A DNA stretch of 64,000 nucleotides, from the NCBI GenBank assembly GCA_965203485.1, contig OZ241892.1, positions 2,304,001-2,368,000 on the forward strand, written 5' to 3'. How positions within the stretch are numbered: position 1 is the stretch's first letter; every line of letters begins with the position of its first letter. The notes beneath the pieces were generated by a model. The model saw nothing but the letters and a program-made list of their open reading frames with translations. It searched no databases and was not told the origin of the DNA. Made by a program: the position numbers and the translations under genes. Shown here in pieces: positions 51,866-64,000 of the stretch. Origin of the DNA: Longimicrobiales bacterium. Its GTDB lineage: Bacteria > Gemmatimonadota > Gemmatimonadetes > Longimicrobiales > Gaopeijiaceae.

Positions 51866-53074
51866 CTAGAAAAATCGCCGCAGACGCGGGCGCGTCAACG
51901 GGGGCGAGGCCGTGTCGGCCGCGGCGTCCAGTTCAACCGCCAAGCCGTCCAGCTGGAGCCATCCTTCGGGCGAGAGGCGCACCGTGCCGTCGTCCACGCT
52001 CGCCAGTCCGCGGCGCGCCCACCGCTCCGCGGTCCTCGCCGCAACCGGGCCGAGCGAGGCGGCGTCGAATCCGTGCTCCGTGCGAAGTCCGAGCCAGACG
52101 GCTTCCAGGCGCCTCTGCTTCGGGGCGAGGTCTTCCTCGCCCTCTCTGCCGCTTCCATGCCGGTCCACCGACCGGGCGTAGGTCTGCCAATCGCGCTCGT
52201 TCCAGGCGCGGCGCCCGTTCAGGTAGCTGTGGGCTCCGTTGCCCAGGCCCAGGTAGGGAGAGCCGTCCCAATAGGCCCGGTTGTGGCGGGACTCGAAGCC
52301 CGGACGAGCGAAATTCGACACTTCGTAGTGCGCGTAACCCTCGGCGGCGAGCATCTCGGCGGCAACCAAGTACTCGTCTCGGTAGCGCTCGGTGCGCGGG
52401 CGGGCGGCGGCGCCTTCCCCGATGCGGCGGGCGAGCGGGGTGGCCGGTTCCACCGAGAGGCCGTAGATCGAGACGTGAGGAACGCCGAGCGAGAGCGCGC
52501 GCTCCAAGTCGTGCTTCCACGAGCGGCGCACGTCGTCGGGCAACCCGAAGATCAGGTCGACGGAGAGATTGGACAGGCCGGCGGAGCGGGCTGCGGAGAC
52601 GGCGGACAGCGCGTCTTCGGGGCCATGGAGCCGTCCCATCCACTCGAGCGCCGAAGGCGAGAAGCTCTGGACGCCGAGCGAAACGCGGTTGACGCCCTCG
52701 GTTGCCCAGCGGCCCGCCAGCGTTCGGTCGAAGGACTCCGGGTTCGCCTCCATCGTCCACTCGAGCCGGGACGGGACGAGGCGTTTCCTGCCGACCGACT
52801 CCGCGAGCGCGCCCACGACGCTGGGATCGAGGAGCGAGGGGGTGCCGCCTCCGACGTAGAGCGTGTCCAGCGCCGAAGCCAGGGCGGCGCCGCCCGAGCC
52901 GAGGAGCGTGGAGAGCTCGCGGCCGACGGCCGTCGTCCAGCTCCGGTGGTCCGGCGACCGGTCCACCTCGACGGCAAAGTCGCAGTAGACGCAACGGCGC
53001 GCGCAGAAGGGCGCATGCACGTAGACGTTGCGGACGAGCTCCGGCGCGGCGGCGCGCTTTCGCCGACGGCTCAC
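51866..53074 (-). CDS. hemW: Radical SAM heme chaperone HemW
   Basis: '[16 protein letters not shown]', 'GGGTPS', 'YEVSNF', 'HNRAYW'. Confidence 0.92.
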   Translation of the reverse strand: MSRRRKRAAAPELVRNVYVHAPFCARRCVYCDFAVEVDRSPDHRSWTTAVGRELSTLLGSGGAALASALDTLYVGGGTPSLLDPSVVGALAESVGRKRLVPSRLEWTMEANPESFDRTLAGRWATEGVNRVSLGVQSFSPSALEWMGRLHGPEDALSAVSAARSAGLSNLSVDLIFGLPDDVRRSWKHDLERALSLGVPHVSIYGLSVEPATPLARRIGEGAAARPRTERYRDEYLVAAEMLAAEGYAHYEVSNFARPGFESRHNRAYWDGSPYLGLGNGAHSYLNGRRAWNERDWQTYARSVDRHGSGREGEEDLAPKQRRLEAVWLGLRTEHGFDAASLGPVAARTAERWARRGLASVDDGTVRLSPEGWLQLDGLAVELDAAADTASPPLTRPRLRRFF

Positions 53075-54375
53075 GTCCACACTCGCCGCGGCCACCGTTG
53101 CCGCATCGCTCCTGTTCGCCTGCAACCAGGCGCCTCCACGCCGAACAAGCCCGGGGGACGCCGTTCCCGCACCACTCCGTTCCGCCCGGAGCCGGGTGAC
53201 GCCACGGTGGCCGAGGCCGGGCAACGCCGGGGCCGCCGCTCCCGCACCACACCCGGTCGCCCGCCCGGCGTCCGCATGAAGCGGCCGTCACGGGTCGCCG
53301 CCACGAAGCCCTGCAACTGCAGAACGGTGACCGACGCCGCCAGCGTCTCCACCGGCTGGCCGGCCAGCGCGGCGAACTCGTCGAGGGAGACGGGGCCGGC
53401 GGGAAGGGCCGACAAGAGCTCGCGCAACTCCGGGTCGCTGGGCATCGCCTCGTCCGGCGCGGCTCCGGCGCCAAGGGAAGCGTCCAGCACGACCCCGGCG
53501 CCGTCCGCCAGCAGCCGGTTCGTCCCTTGGCTCGTGGGACGGTCGATGGGACCGGGCACGGCATGAACCTCGCGTCCCAGGTCCAGCGCGATCTCGGCGG
53601 TGATGAGAGCGCCGCTCCGGGCGGAAGCCTCCACGACCACGACCTCCGCCGCCAGCGCGGCGATGATCCGGTTGCGGGCGGGAAAGTGGCCGGGCGCGGC
53701 GTCCGTGCCGGGTGCGTACTCCGACGCGACGGCTCCGCTTGCGGCGATTTTGTCGTAGAGGCTCGCGTTTCGGGCGGGCGCGGCGACGTCCACTCCCGAT
53801 CCCAGCACCGCGACCGTCGGCCCCGGCAACGCCCCCCAATGAGCTTCGGCGTCGATCCCCAAGGCCATCCCCGAAATCACGCAACCGCCCCGCTCGACCA
53901 GCGCGGCGCCGAGCCGACGGGCCACGCGGCGGCCGTACGCCGTCGCCCGCCGCGAGCCCACGACGGCGGCGCAGTCCCGGTTCAGCAGCCCGGCCCGCCC
54001 AAGAACGAAGAGGACCGGAGGAGGATCGGGCAGATCGCCGAGACGGGCCGGGTACTCGGGGCCGCCGTATGCGAGGACCCGGGCGCCCAGTTCCGCGCAC
54101 CGCTCGGCGAGCGCGCTCGCTCGGGCGGCGGGCGCGTCCGCCCTGCGCGCATCCGACGCCTCCCGGCCCGCGATCTGCTCGAAGGCGCGGGCGGGCGCGG
54201 CGAGGGCGCCGCTTGGACTGCCGAACCGGTCGACCAGACGGCGGAACCGCACCGCGCCGACGCCCGGAAGGTCCCGGAGCAACAGCGCGTGAAAGGTCTC
54301 GGACGCGGCGTCCGCCGAGGAGCCGCCCGTCGCCGCGTCCCCGGGCGCTCGCGTTCGCCCGCCCCGCACCGTCAC
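53071..54375 (-). CDS. dprA: DNA-processing protein DprA
   Basis: 'VGSR.AT.YG', '[10 protein letters not shown]', 'FPARNRII', 'SGALITA'. Confidence 0.93.
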   Translation of the reverse strand: MTVRGGRTRAPGDAATGGSSADAASETFHALLLRDLPGVGAVRFRRLVDRFGSPSGALAAPARAFEQIAGREASDARRADAPAARASALAERCAELGARVLAYGGPEYPARLGDLPDPPPVLFVLGRAGLLNRDCAAVVGSRRATAYGRRVARRLGAALVERGGCVISGMALGIDAEAHWGALPGPTVAVLGSGVDVAAPARNASLYDKIAASGAVASEYAPGTDAAPGHFPARNRIIAALAAEVVVVEASARSGALITAEIALDLGREVHAVPGPIDRPTSQGTNRLLADGAGVVLDASLGAGAAPDEAMPSDPELRELLSALPAGPVSLDEFAALAGQPVETLAASVTVLQLQGFVAATRDGRFMRTPGGRPGVVRERRPRRCPASATVASPGSGRNGVVRERRPPGLFGVEAPGCRRTGAMRQRWPRRVWT

Positions 54376-55373
54376 GCGCACTCCCCGGCGCCGTCGCGCG
54401 CGGCCTCCACTTGCCGCCAGCACCCCTCGAGCATCTCCGCTACGCCTCGGCCGGTCGCCGCGCTCGCCGCATAGACCGCCCACGCGTCCGAGGCATCCAC
54501 GCGCGGCGGAGGCGCCCCGCCCCGCAAGTCCATCTTCGAGATCATCACGGCGAACGGAAGGCGGGCCAGCTCCTCCGAGTACTGCCGGAGCTCGGCGCGC
54601 AGACCAGCCAGCGTCGCCGTCGGATCGGGCGCGTCCGCCGGGACAAGCAACAGGAGCGCCCGCGTGCGCTCGATGTGGCGCAGGAAGCGATGGCCGAGTC
54701 CCTTGCCCCGGTGCGCGCCCTCGATGATGCCGGGGATGTCCGCCGCAACGAACGACCTGAAGTCGGGCAGGTCGACCACGCCCAGCACCGGCGACAGCGT
54801 CGTGAACGGATAGCCCGCGACCTTCGGACGCGCGTCGCTGATGCGCGCCAGCAAGGTGGACTTTCCCGCGTTGGGCTCGCCGACCAGGCCGATGTCCGCG
54901 AGCAGCTTGAGCTCCAGCCGCAACCGCCGCTGCTCGCCCTCCTGCCCCGGCTCCCAGCGCCGGGGGGCCTGCCGGGTCGGGGAAGCGAAGCGCGCATTGC
55001 CCCGGCCGCCGCGCCCGCCCGTCGCCACGACCAGGCGTTCGCCCGTCGCCATCAGAGCGCCCAGCTTCGCCGAAGTTCCGTCGTCGAACACCTCCGTGCC
55101 CGGCGGCGCGCGGAGCTCCAGGTCCCGGCCGCTCCGTCCCGTGCGATTCGACCCCTCCCCGTGGCGCCCCCTCTCCGCCTCGTGGCGCTTGCGATACCGA
55201 AAGTCGCTCAGCGTCGAGAGCGCGTCGTCGCCGACGAAGACGACGTCGCCTCCGCGGCCCCCGTCGCCTCCCGAAGGCCCGCCCCGCGGCACTCCCTTCT
55301 CGCGCCGAAACGCCTCCGCCCCCGCGCCGCCGTCCCCCGCCCGCACCTCGATTGTCGCAGAATCGACGAACAC
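54372..55373 (-). CDS. obgE: GTPase Obg
   Basis: 'FVDSA.I...G.GG.G', 'GEPNAGKS', 'YPFTT', 'DIPG'. Confidence 0.96.
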   Translation of the reverse strand: MFVDSATIEVRAGDGGAGAEAFRREKGVPRGGPSGGDGGRGGDVVFVGDDALSTLSDFRYRKRHEAERGRHGEGSNRTGRSGRDLELRAPPGTEVFDDGTSAKLGALMATGERLVVATGGRGGRGNARFASPTRQAPRRWEPGQEGEQRRLRLELKLLADIGLVGEPNAGKSTLLARISDARPKVAGYPFTTLSPVLGVVDLPDFRSFVAADIPGIIEGAHRGKGLGHRFLRHIERTRALLLLVPADAPDPTATLAGLRAELRQYSEELARLPFAVMISKMDLRGGAPPPRVDASDAWAVYAASAATGRGVAEMLEGCWRQVEAARDGAGECA

Positions 55374-56461
55374 TCCGCCCTCCCGACCGGAACGAGGACC
55401 GCGCCGCGGCGGCGCCCGCCCTCCTTGGACCCCGCGGCCCTCGCCCGCGCGGGCCGCCCCCGAAACCTGTGCGAGCGCGCGCGCCGCCGCCATGGCCGGA
55501 TCGGACCCCTGCGGCGCGACTTCGTGGATGGCTCGGCCGACTGTTGCCGGGGCGCTCGACCGACTGTCCGGGAGGATATTTTGAGCGGCACCGGGTCGGC
55601 AGACGCTGATCCCGCAAGCGCAATGCCCCGGTGCCAGCGCGGCCGCGCGGTCACGACCGCGCCCCTCTGCGGCGTGCCGGATATCTTGCTCCGGCGCGCC
55701 GCATCGACACTAGACTAGACTAGATCACTAGGGTAGACGCCCCTGACACTATTGCCCCCGCCAGCATGGCCAGCCACAGGCGCCATGCCAGTTCTCGTCT
55801 CGAGGAAGCGTCAGGCTCGCACTTCCGCGCCCACAAATGGAACACCCGCGACGACCCGGCGACAAGCCCGAAAGCTACGGTCGCGCGGGGCGATATCGAC
55901 TTGGGGGGGACAGGAGGCGCGTCTCCATCCGCATCGAGACCGTCCTCACGGCAACCCCGGCTCGTTCCTAGCGCGACGGCGCATCACATCAAGCGCCAAC
56001 GTCGCAACCGCCGACAGCAACACGCCCGTGATGCCCACCCAACGGACCGCCGGCGCCCAGTGCCAAAGCCAGCCCATGCCCGGCGCGAACGTGGCAGCAA
56101 CCAAGCCGAAGGCGACAGGCGACACCTTGTCGCACGGCACCGCCACTGCCTTCAGAACTACTAAAGCCTGTCGGAGTGTTCAATGTCCGTCCCTCCCGTC
56201 CCCGCCTTCGTCGCGGCGGTTGTCGTCGTCATGGCTTCCGGCTCTCGTGATCCTGCAAAAGGACGATGGGCAAGCCGACGCGCAATGGCAAGTGGCCGAT
56301 GTCCCGAGACGCCCGTGGGGATATTGCGAAGGTGCCAATTCTCCTTGTTGCGCAAGCGTTTTCGACGGCAAGGCTCCGCGAGGGATGTCGGCGGCGGCTG
56401 GCAACGGACCTCCTCGCGGCCCTCTTCCGGCAGTCGGCGCATCGCCTTCGGGCGCCACACC

Positions 56462-58099
56462 CTAGCGTACCCTACCCCCTTCGGCAAGCGGTGTGCCCGC
56501 GGCCGCAAACAGCTCCTCCGGCGAGTTCGCCCCGGCCAGCAGCTCGCGCGCTCGCCGCAAGGGTGCGTCGTAGGCTGCCTGAAGCTCGAAACGGCCCCGG
56601 TCGCCCCAGGCTTGGTGGGCGATTTCACCGGCTAGGCGCAGAAGCAGGTAGCGGCGCGCCGCCACCAAGTCGTCGAGGGCCAGGGTCGCGGTGTCGGCCC
56701 GGGCGGCCAAGGCGGCGTGGAAGTCCTCGAGGTCGCGGTCCGAGAGGGAGAAGCCGGGTGTCAGGCCGGGATGGTCGTGGCGGTAGCGCACGGCCCACTG
56801 GCGGAGTTCGGCCAAGAAGCCCGTGCCGGCGACGTTGAACACGGCGTTCACAGCGGCCGCCTCGCGCTCGGTGAGCGTGTCCGCGGCGGCCCAGAGATCG
56901 GGCTGGACGCCGCCGCCGCCGTACAGGGTGCGGCCTCCCGGCGAACGGAACTGGGGCAGCAACGACAAGTCGGCCGGGGGCTCGGCCCAGCCGCCCAGAA
57001 GCGCCGGCACGCGATGCGGCTCCGTGGAGCGCTCCTCGGCGTCCACGTGAATGCGCCGGCCCGCCGGGGTGTACCAGCGCGCGGTCGTGAGGCGAAGCAC
57101 AGCGCCGCCGGAGAGCGGAAACAGGCTCTGCACCAGCCCCTTGCCGAAGGTGCCCGAGCCGATCAGCAACGCACGGTCGTGGTCCTGCAACGCGCCCGCC
57201 ACGATCTCGGCGGCCGACGCAGTGGCAGGCCCCACCAGCACCGCAACCGGCAGGTCGGGGTAACGCTGGGCAGTCTCGGTCCGGTGGACGGCGGGCTCGA
57301 CGCCGCGGCCCCGTATCTCGACGACTTCGCGGCCTTCGTCGAGGAACACGTCAGCCAGTTCCAGCCCTTCTTCCAACAGGCCACCCCGGTTGCCGCGCAG
57401 ATCGAGCGCCAGCGCGCGCATTCCCACGCCCGCCAGCGAATCGACCGCCGCGCGGACCGCCGCCGCCGCCGTGCCGCCGAACGCCGCCAGCGGGACGTAG
57501 CCCACCCCGTCGTCCAAGAGCGCCGCGAACGGCACCTGCGGCACCTGAACGCGCTCGCGCACGACATCGAACGACAGGACCGGCTCAACGCCCCAACGGC
57601 GCACGCCCATCGTCACCGGCGTCCCAGGCTTGCCTCGAAGCAAGGGTACGGTCCGGTCGGTGCCCCAGCCGTCCACCGACTCGCCGTCCACTTCCACGAT
57701 GCGGTCGCCGGGCAACACGCCCGCCCTGGCCGCAGGCGTTCCGGGAATCGGCGCCAGCACGGTGATGTGGCCGTCCTGATCGACGACCTCCAGCCCGACG
57801 CCCCCGTAGTCGCCCTCGACGCGAATGCGCTGGTCCTCCCAGTCGGACTGCGCGATGAAGCGCGAGTAGGGGTCGCCCAGGCGCCGAACCAGCTCGTTCG
57901 CCGCCGCGCCGTAGAGCTCGTCCAGCTCCACGTCCTCGACGTAGGCGCCCTCGACGCGGTCCAGGACCTCGGCGAGCACCGAAGCTCCCCCGGGCAAGCG
58001 GGCCGCCGCCCCGAACTCGCGGTGCGCCAGCCATCCAGCGCACAGCGCGGCAACCACAAGGAACATCGTGCGGCTTCGGTTGTGTCCGACTTGCGTCAC
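56462..58099 (-). CDS. S41 family C-terminal processing peptidase
   Basis: PDZ domain, 'DLRGN.GG', 'TASAAEI..GALQD', 'TFGKG.VQ'. Confidence 0.93.
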   Translation of the reverse strand: MTQVGHNRSRTMFLVVAALCAGWLAHREFGAAARLPGGASVLAEVLDRVEGAYVEDVELDELYGAAANELVRRLGDPYSRFIAQSDWEDQRIRVEGDYGGVGLEVVDQDGHITVLAPIPGTPAARAGVLPGDRIVEVDGESVDGWGTDRTVPLLRGKPGTPVTMGVRRWGVEPVLSFDVVRERVQVPQVPFAALLDDGVGYVPLAAFGGTAAAAVRAAVDSLAGVGMRALALDLRGNRGGLLEEGLELADVFLDEGREVVEIRGRGVEPAVHRTETAQRYPDLPVAVLVGPATASAAEIVAGALQDHDRALLIGSGTFGKGLVQSLFPLSGGAVLRLTTARWYTPAGRRIHVDAEERSTEPHRVPALLGGWAEPPADLSLLPQFRSPGGRTLYGGGGVQPDLWAAADTLTEREAAAVNAVFNVAGTGFLAELRQWAVRYRHDHPGLTPGFSLSDRDLEDFHAALAARADTATLALDDLVAARRYLLLRLAGEIAHQAWGDRGRFELQAAYDAPLRRARELLAGANSPEELFAAAGTPLAEGGRVR

Positions 58100-58815
58100 T
58101 TGGCTTCCTCGCCCGTCTCGGCGACCGGCGCCCCAGTCGTCGCCCCTTCGCGCACGCCGACTCCCGGCGCATCGCGCGTCTCGGCCAGCCGCGCGCGCAC
58201 AGCCCGGCGCACCCGGCGCTCCACCTCGTCCGGCGGTCCCGCCGCGCTCACGAGCACGGCTCGGTCGTCCGACTCCGCCATCTCAACATACCCGTTTTGC
58301 ACGCGCTGGAGGAACTCCAGGCCGGCGGACTCGATGCGGTCCGGCCGTCCTTCCCCGGCCTTCCGGGCCAAGCCCTGCTCCACCGGCAGGTCCAGCACGA
58401 TGCACAGGTCGGGCTCCAAGGCGTCGGCCGCCCAGCGGTTGAGCGCCTCGATCTCGCCGCGCTCGATGCCCCGCCCGAAGCCCTGGTACGCGAACGTGCT
58501 CATCGCGAAGCGGTCGGAGACCACCCACCGGCCCCGCTTCAGCGCGGGCCTCGCGAGTTCGCGCACGAACGCCGCCCTCGCGGCGAGAACCAGCAGCAGC
58601 TCGGCCGGCGCCCCGATCCGGGAGTCCCGCGCGTGCAGCAGGAGATCGCGAATGCGCTCGCCCACGTCCGTCCCTCCGGGCTCGCGCGCCTCGACCACGC
58701 TCAAGCCGCGCCCGCGCAGCCACGCCGCCAAGCGCGCCGCCTGCGTGGACTTCCCTGCGCCCTCGACGCCTTCGAGGACGACGAGGCGGCCGCGCGCCGC
58801 AACCCCTTCAGCCAC
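58096..58815 (-). CDS. tmk: Thymidylate kinase
   Basis: 'EGVEGAGKSTQ', 'REPGG', 'DRF..ST.AYQG'. Confidence 0.96.
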   Translation of the reverse strand: MAEGVAARGRLVVLEGVEGAGKSTQAARLAAWLRGRGLSVVEAREPGGTDVGERIRDLLLHARDSRIGAPAELLLVLAARAAFVRELARPALKRGRWVVSDRFAMSTFAYQGFGRGIERGEIEALNRWAADALEPDLCIVLDLPVEQGLARKAGEGRPDRIESAGLEFLQRVQNGYVEMAESDDRAVLVSAAGPPDEVERRVRRAVRARLAETRDAPGVGVREGATTGAPVAETGEEAK

Positions 58816-58821
58816 GGGCCG

Positions 58822-60121
<1,300 letters not shown>

Positions 60122-60135
<14 letters not shown>

Positions 60136-60829
60136 TTCGGTCTTCTCCTTGTCCCTTCGCTTCGGGATTCGGCGCGTCGTCCAGGGGCACGCCGGCACCC
60201 CGCCGGAACACCCAAACGATGCGGTGGACGGCAGTCGCGTTGGTCAGCGCGGCCACCACGACGATCAGGACGCTCAGCACCGCCCCGTTCCACGAGAGGC
60301 CGAACAGGAGCGACGCCAAGCCGAGAAGCACGATGCGCTCGGCGCGCTGCATGAGGCCGACGGAGCAGTCGAAGCCGAGGGCTTCGGCCTTTGCCCGAGT
60401 GTAGCTCACCATGAGGGAGCCGCCAAGGGCGAGCGTGATCACGTAGATCATCCAGCGGTCGGCGATCTCGGCGCCGTAGTCGTTGTACAGCGTCATCAAG
60501 CCCAAGTACATGGCGATCTCCGAAATCCGGTCCAGCGTCGAATCGAAGAAGGCGCCGAACTTCGAGGCCAGGCCCGATACCCGAGCCACGCGGCCGTCGA
60601 AGATGTCCAGCAATCCGCCGAGCAGGACGAAGAAGCCGGCAGTGCGGACGTGGTCCTGCGAGTAGAGGACGCCAGCCACCACGGTCGCGACGAATCCGGC
60701 GACGGTCACGAGGTTGGGGTGCACGCCTCTGCGCACGAGCCACTGTGTGACGGGCTCGATCAGGTTGTAGACGGGCCACCGGAGCCCCTTGAGGCCGGCC
60801 TCGCGCTCGGCGGTCTCCGGAGCGGACAA
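60122..60829 (-). CDS. CDP-alcohol phosphatidyltransferase
   Basis: 'D..DG.VAR.....S.FGA..DS..DR', 'SYTRAKAE'. Confidence 0.92.
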
Positions 60830-60843
60830 GAAGGCGTCCCGGG

Positions 60844-61203
60844 TCAGGAAACGACGAGGATCGGGGACGACGCGCCCGCGCGCATGCCCTCCTGCATGGC
60901 CTCGTCGACCTTGGCCATCACCTTCTCGAAGTTGGACTGAGCCGCCACCAGGCTCTGGTACGCCGACAGCGTCTCGAGTCTCTCCATGAGTTGCTGGTGC
61001 CGGCGCTGGTCGTCCGCGGACGGCTCCTGCCCCTGGGCCATCTCCGAGCCCATCGTCTCGAACAGGCGCTCGATCTCGTTCTTGAGCGCCACGAACTCGC
61101 GGTCGTTCTGGGCGGCCTCCATGGCCCGTGCCAGGATGCGGTGCTCGGCCGTGCGCCCGATCGTCCGCCCAAGCGACTCGGCCATTTCAAGGATTTCGGT
61201 CAT
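60844..61203 (-). CDS. YlbF family regulator
   Basis: 'MAESLGRTI'; helical ~119 aa; in operon. Confidence 0.7.
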   Translation of the reverse strand: MTEILEMAESLGRTIGRTAEHRILARAMEAAQNDREFVALKNEIERLFETMGSEMAQGQEPSADDQRRHQQLMERLETLSAYQSLVAAQSNFEKVMAKVDEAMQEGMRAGASSPILVVS

Positions 61204-62192
61204 TCTCGCTCGGTTGTTGCCGCGCAACCGGTCTCCGGGGCGTTGTCCAGCTCGTCCGCCTCGTCGTCCTCGGGCAGTTCCATCTCTCGCTGCGCGAAAA
61301 CATAGCGACGCGTCCCGTTCAGGTCGCGGCGCAAGGCGGGAAGCCCTTTGCCCAGCATGGCGATCAGCATGAGCGCGAAGGCGTTCTGATCCTGGCCGCG
61401 CCCGACTTCGATGCCGACCCACCCCTTCGGCCGCACGAACGAGAGCAGGTTGAGGGTGATCTTCTTCAGCACCGCGTACCCGCTGTAGCCGCCGACCATC
61501 GCCACGTGCGGCTCCCAATTGCGGATCTCCGGCGCCGTGCGCAACCACTGGCGCTCGCTGAGGTACGGCGGGTTGGACAGGATCAGGTCGAACGTCTCCC
61601 CGGCGACGGGCAGCGTGCCCGGACCGCGGCGGAAGTCGATTCCCGGCTGCCCGCACGCCTCGGCGTTGGCGCGCGCGACGTCCAGCGCGTCCTGCGAGAC
61701 GTCGGTCGCGACGACGGACTTGGCCAGGCCTTCGGCCGCCAAGGCAATCGCGATGGCGCCCGATCCCGTGCCGATGTCCAGGGCGGACTCGAAGGGAATC
61801 TCGGACTGCGCCATGTCGATGAGGCAGTCGATGAGCTGCTCCGTCTCCGGCCTGGGGATGGCGACCCGCCGGTCGACGGCCAGTTCGAGATCGCGGAACG
61901 GGGCCAAGCCCAGGACGTACTGAAGCGGCTCGCGGGCGGCGCGCCGGCGCAGCAGGCGCTTGAAGGCGGCCAGCTCGCGCGCGTCGAGCGGCTGGTCGAA
62001 GCGCAGGTACAGGTCCATTCGCTTGAGGCCCAGGACGCTCGCGAGAAGGTGCTCCGCGTCGGCGCGACCCGAGCGGATGCCCTTTTGCTTCAGGTACTGG
62101 CCGCTCCACTTCATCATGTCCACGACGGTCCAGCGGCGGCGCGGACGCGCGGCGGCGGGCGGCGTCTTCGGCTTCGCGGGACGGCGCCTCAA
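61200..62192 (-). CDS. prmC: Release factor glutamine methyltransferase
   Basis: 'EPLQY', 'IPRPETE', 'DIGTGSG', 'SNPPY'; start approximate. Confidence 0.95.
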   Translation of the reverse strand: MRRRPAKPKTPPAAARPRRRWTVVDMMKWSGQYLKQKGIRSGRADAEHLLASVLGLKRMDLYLRFDQPLDARELAAFKRLLRRRAAREPLQYVLGLAPFRDLELAVDRRVAIPRPETEQLIDCLIDMAQSEIPFESALDIGTGSGAIAIALAAEGLAKSVVATDVSQDALDVARANAEACGQPGIDFRRGPGTLPVAGETFDLILSNPPYLSERQWLRTAPEIRNWEPHVAMVGGYSGYAVLKKITLNLLSFVRPKGWVGIEVGRGQDQNAFALMLIAMLGKGLPALRRDLNGTRRYVFAQREMELPEDDEADELDNAPETGCAATTERE

Positions 62193-63316
62193 CGGGCCGG
62201 GAACTCTCTCGCGGGGCTGGCCGGGCCGGGCGAACCGCCGGACGGGGCCGCGTCCCAGCGCTCCTCTTCGCGCGCCAAGCGAAGGGCCGCCAGCATCTCG
62301 TCCAGGTCGCCGTTCATCACGTCGGCCAAGCGGTGCACCGACAACCCGATGCGGTGGTCGGTCACCCGGTTCTGGGGAAAGTTGTAGGTCCGGATCTTGG
62401 CCGAGCGGTCGCCGCTTCCCACCTGCGATCGCCGTTCGGCCGCGCGCTCGGCGTCGCGCTCCGCGGTCCTGCGCTCGAGGAGCCGCGAGCGCAGGACCTT
62501 GAGTGCCCTGGCCCTGTTCTTGTGCTGGGACTTCTCGTCCTGGCAACTCACGACGAGGCCGCTGGGCAGGTGCGTGACCCGAACCGCGGAATCGGTGGTG
62601 TTGACGGACTGGCCGCCGGGGCCGGACGAGCGGAACACGTCGATTCGCAGGTGGGCCGGATCGAGGTCGACCTCCACGTCCTCCGCCTCCGGCAGGACGG
62701 CCACCGTGGCGGCCGACGTGTGGACGCGTCCCTGGCTCTCGGTGTCGGGCACCCGCTGCACGCGATGAACGCCGGACTCGAAGCGGAGCTGGCCGTACGC
62801 GCCCTTGCCCCGAACGGTGAACACGACCTCCTTGAGCGCGCCGGGGATCCCTTCGGAGATGCTCGCCACTTCGATCTTCCACCCCCGGCGCTCCGCCAGC
62901 AACCGGTACATGCGCGCCAAGGCGGCGCAGAACAGGGCGGCCTCGTCTCCGCCCGTGCCGGCGCGCACCTCCACGACGGCAGGACGGTCGTCCATGGGGT
63001 CGGCGGGAACGAGGGCGGCGCGGAGCCGCTTGCTCGCCGCGTCCAAGCGCGCCGCCAGCGCCGACGACTCCTCGGCGGCCAGCTCGCGCAACTCGGGGTC
63101 GGGGGAGCCGGCGAGTTCGCGCGCATCCTCCAGTTCGGCCTCGACCCGGCGCACTTCCGCGGCGGCGGCCACGACGGCGGCCAGCGCGGCGCGCTCCCGC
63201 CCCAGCTCCCGCAGACGGTTGGCGTCGCGCACCGTGTCGGGGTGCGCCAGCTCGGCCTCGACGGTCCGGAGCCGGCCTTCGGCCGTGCTCAGCCGGGCGT
63301 CGAGACGGGGATCCAC
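62189..63316 (-). CDS. prfA: Peptide chain release factor 1
   Basis: 'GTGGDEA', '[13 protein letters not shown]', 'GGQ', 'RTYNFPQ'. Confidence 0.97.
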   Translation of the reverse strand: MDPRLDARLSTAEGRLRTVEAELAHPDTVRDANRLRELGRERAALAAVVAAAAEVRRVEAELEDARELAGSPDPELRELAAEESSALAARLDAASKRLRAALVPADPMDDRPAVVEVRAGTGGDEAALFCAALARMYRLLAERRGWKIEVASISEGIPGALKEVVFTVRGKGAYGQLRFESGVHRVQRVPDTESQGRVHTSAATVAVLPEAEDVEVDLDPAHLRIDVFRSSGPGGQSVNTTDSAVRVTHLPSGLVVSCQDEKSQHKNRARALKVLRSRLLERRTAERDAERAAERRSQVGSGDRSAKIRTYNFPQNRVTDHRIGLSVHRLADVMNGDLDEMLAALRLAREEERWDAAPSGGSPGPASPAREFPAR

Positions 63317-63324
63317 GGGGCGGA

Positions 63325-64000
63325 TCAGCCCACGTCCACTTCGCAGCCCTCGCGGGCCGAGCGGTAGCCCGCCTCGACCAGGGCCGCGAGGGTCGCCTGC
63401 TCGCGGGGCGCCACCGCCGCGGCCTCGCCCGAGGCGACCCTCACGAAGTGGTCGATCAGGCGTCGGTAGCCACTGGTGAACAGGTCCTCGCCGCCCCGCG
63501 GAATCGGTTGCCTGGGCGTGACCTCCATCGGCCGGCCCCCGACCTGCCGGTACACGGACAGCGGCCAGAGGCGCGCAGCTCCTTCCGAGCCGGTCACGCA
63601 GACCTCGCGCCGGTCCCGCGCCGCCTGGAAACGCCGGCTGACCGCCAGCGACAGAGTCGCGCCGCCCTCGAGGACCGCCTGCAGGTGCGCCTCGTCCTCG
63701 CCCGCTTCCGAAGCCCCGTAGAGCGTGGCCGCCACCCGCACCGCCCGCGGATACCCCAGCGCCCACAGGCCCAAGTCCAGCACGGGAGCGCCGAGGTCCG
63801 CGAGGACGCCGCCGCGCGCGCGCGCATCCTCCGGCTGCGGGCCCCACGGACTTCCGGGACGGCGCGCCTGCCGGTCGAGCCACGCCGCCCGCACCGCGCT
63901 CGCGGTCCCCACTTGGCCGCTCGCCACGAACGACCGCAGCGCGGCCACGTCCGGCCGAAACCGGTGCGACATGCCGACGACCAAGCCGCGGCCGCTCTCC
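63325..64000 (-). CDS. Gfo/Idh/MocA family oxidoreductase (5' end beyond window)
   Basis: 'VG...RFRP', '[11 protein letters not shown]', 'A.YRSA'. Confidence 0.75.
   Translation of the reverse strand, partial: ESGRGLVVGMSHRFRPDVAALRSFVASGQVGTASAVRAAWLDRQARRPGSPWGPQPEDARARGGVLADLGAPVLDLGLWALGYPRAVRVAATLYGASEAGEDEAHLQAVLEGGATLSLAVSRRFQAARDRREVCVTGSEGAARLWPLSVYRQVGGRPMEVTPRQPIPRGGEDLFTSGYRRLIDHFVRVASGEAAAVAPREQATLAALVEAGYRSAREGCEVDVG

Noticed and set aside
51812..51866. CIRCE element upstream of hrcA
   Set aside because: TTAGCACTC-N9-GAGTGCTAA not found
53155..53260. Short repeat (GVVRERRP twice) in the DprA tail
   Set aside because: Two imperfect copies in a low-complexity extension, with no sign of function

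Overview
High-GC bacterial chromosome segment. The gene content and the many decayed 6-bladed beta-propeller genes suggest Gemmatimonadota, possibly host-associated (inference only). Two minus-strand housekeeping blocks flank an accessory island. The left block (~1.9-19.9 kb) holds ftsB, eno, plsC, thiL, nnr, glyA, Leu dehydrogenase, beta-oxidation genes, rex, rsmA and a partner-switching trio. The right block (39.3-64 kb) holds pta, coaD, rsmD, recJ, dnaG, mutS2, dnaJ, hrcA, hemW, dprA, obgE, S41 protease, tmk, ino1, prmC and prfA. The ~19 kb island (~20.0-39.2 kb) is a lasso-peptide-type RiPP cluster: cyclase, split B1/B2, nucleotidyltransferase, P450, two sulfotransferases and three HPr-kinase-like proteins. 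Its standout feature is a tandem array of six ~0.92-1.1 kb cassettes (23285-29030). On the minus strand each cassette reads: ISL3 transposase relic with terminal IR, putative promoter and SD, ATG-poly(C)24-27 precursor gene, then a kinase 5' fragment. Leaders and flanks are nearly identical, but the array encodes four different Cys-bracketed cores, and a fifth core lies in a separate precursor at 37000-37242. As assembled, the poly(C) tracts put some copies in frame and others out. This looks like an IS-relic-derived, possibly phase-variable library of lasso precursors.
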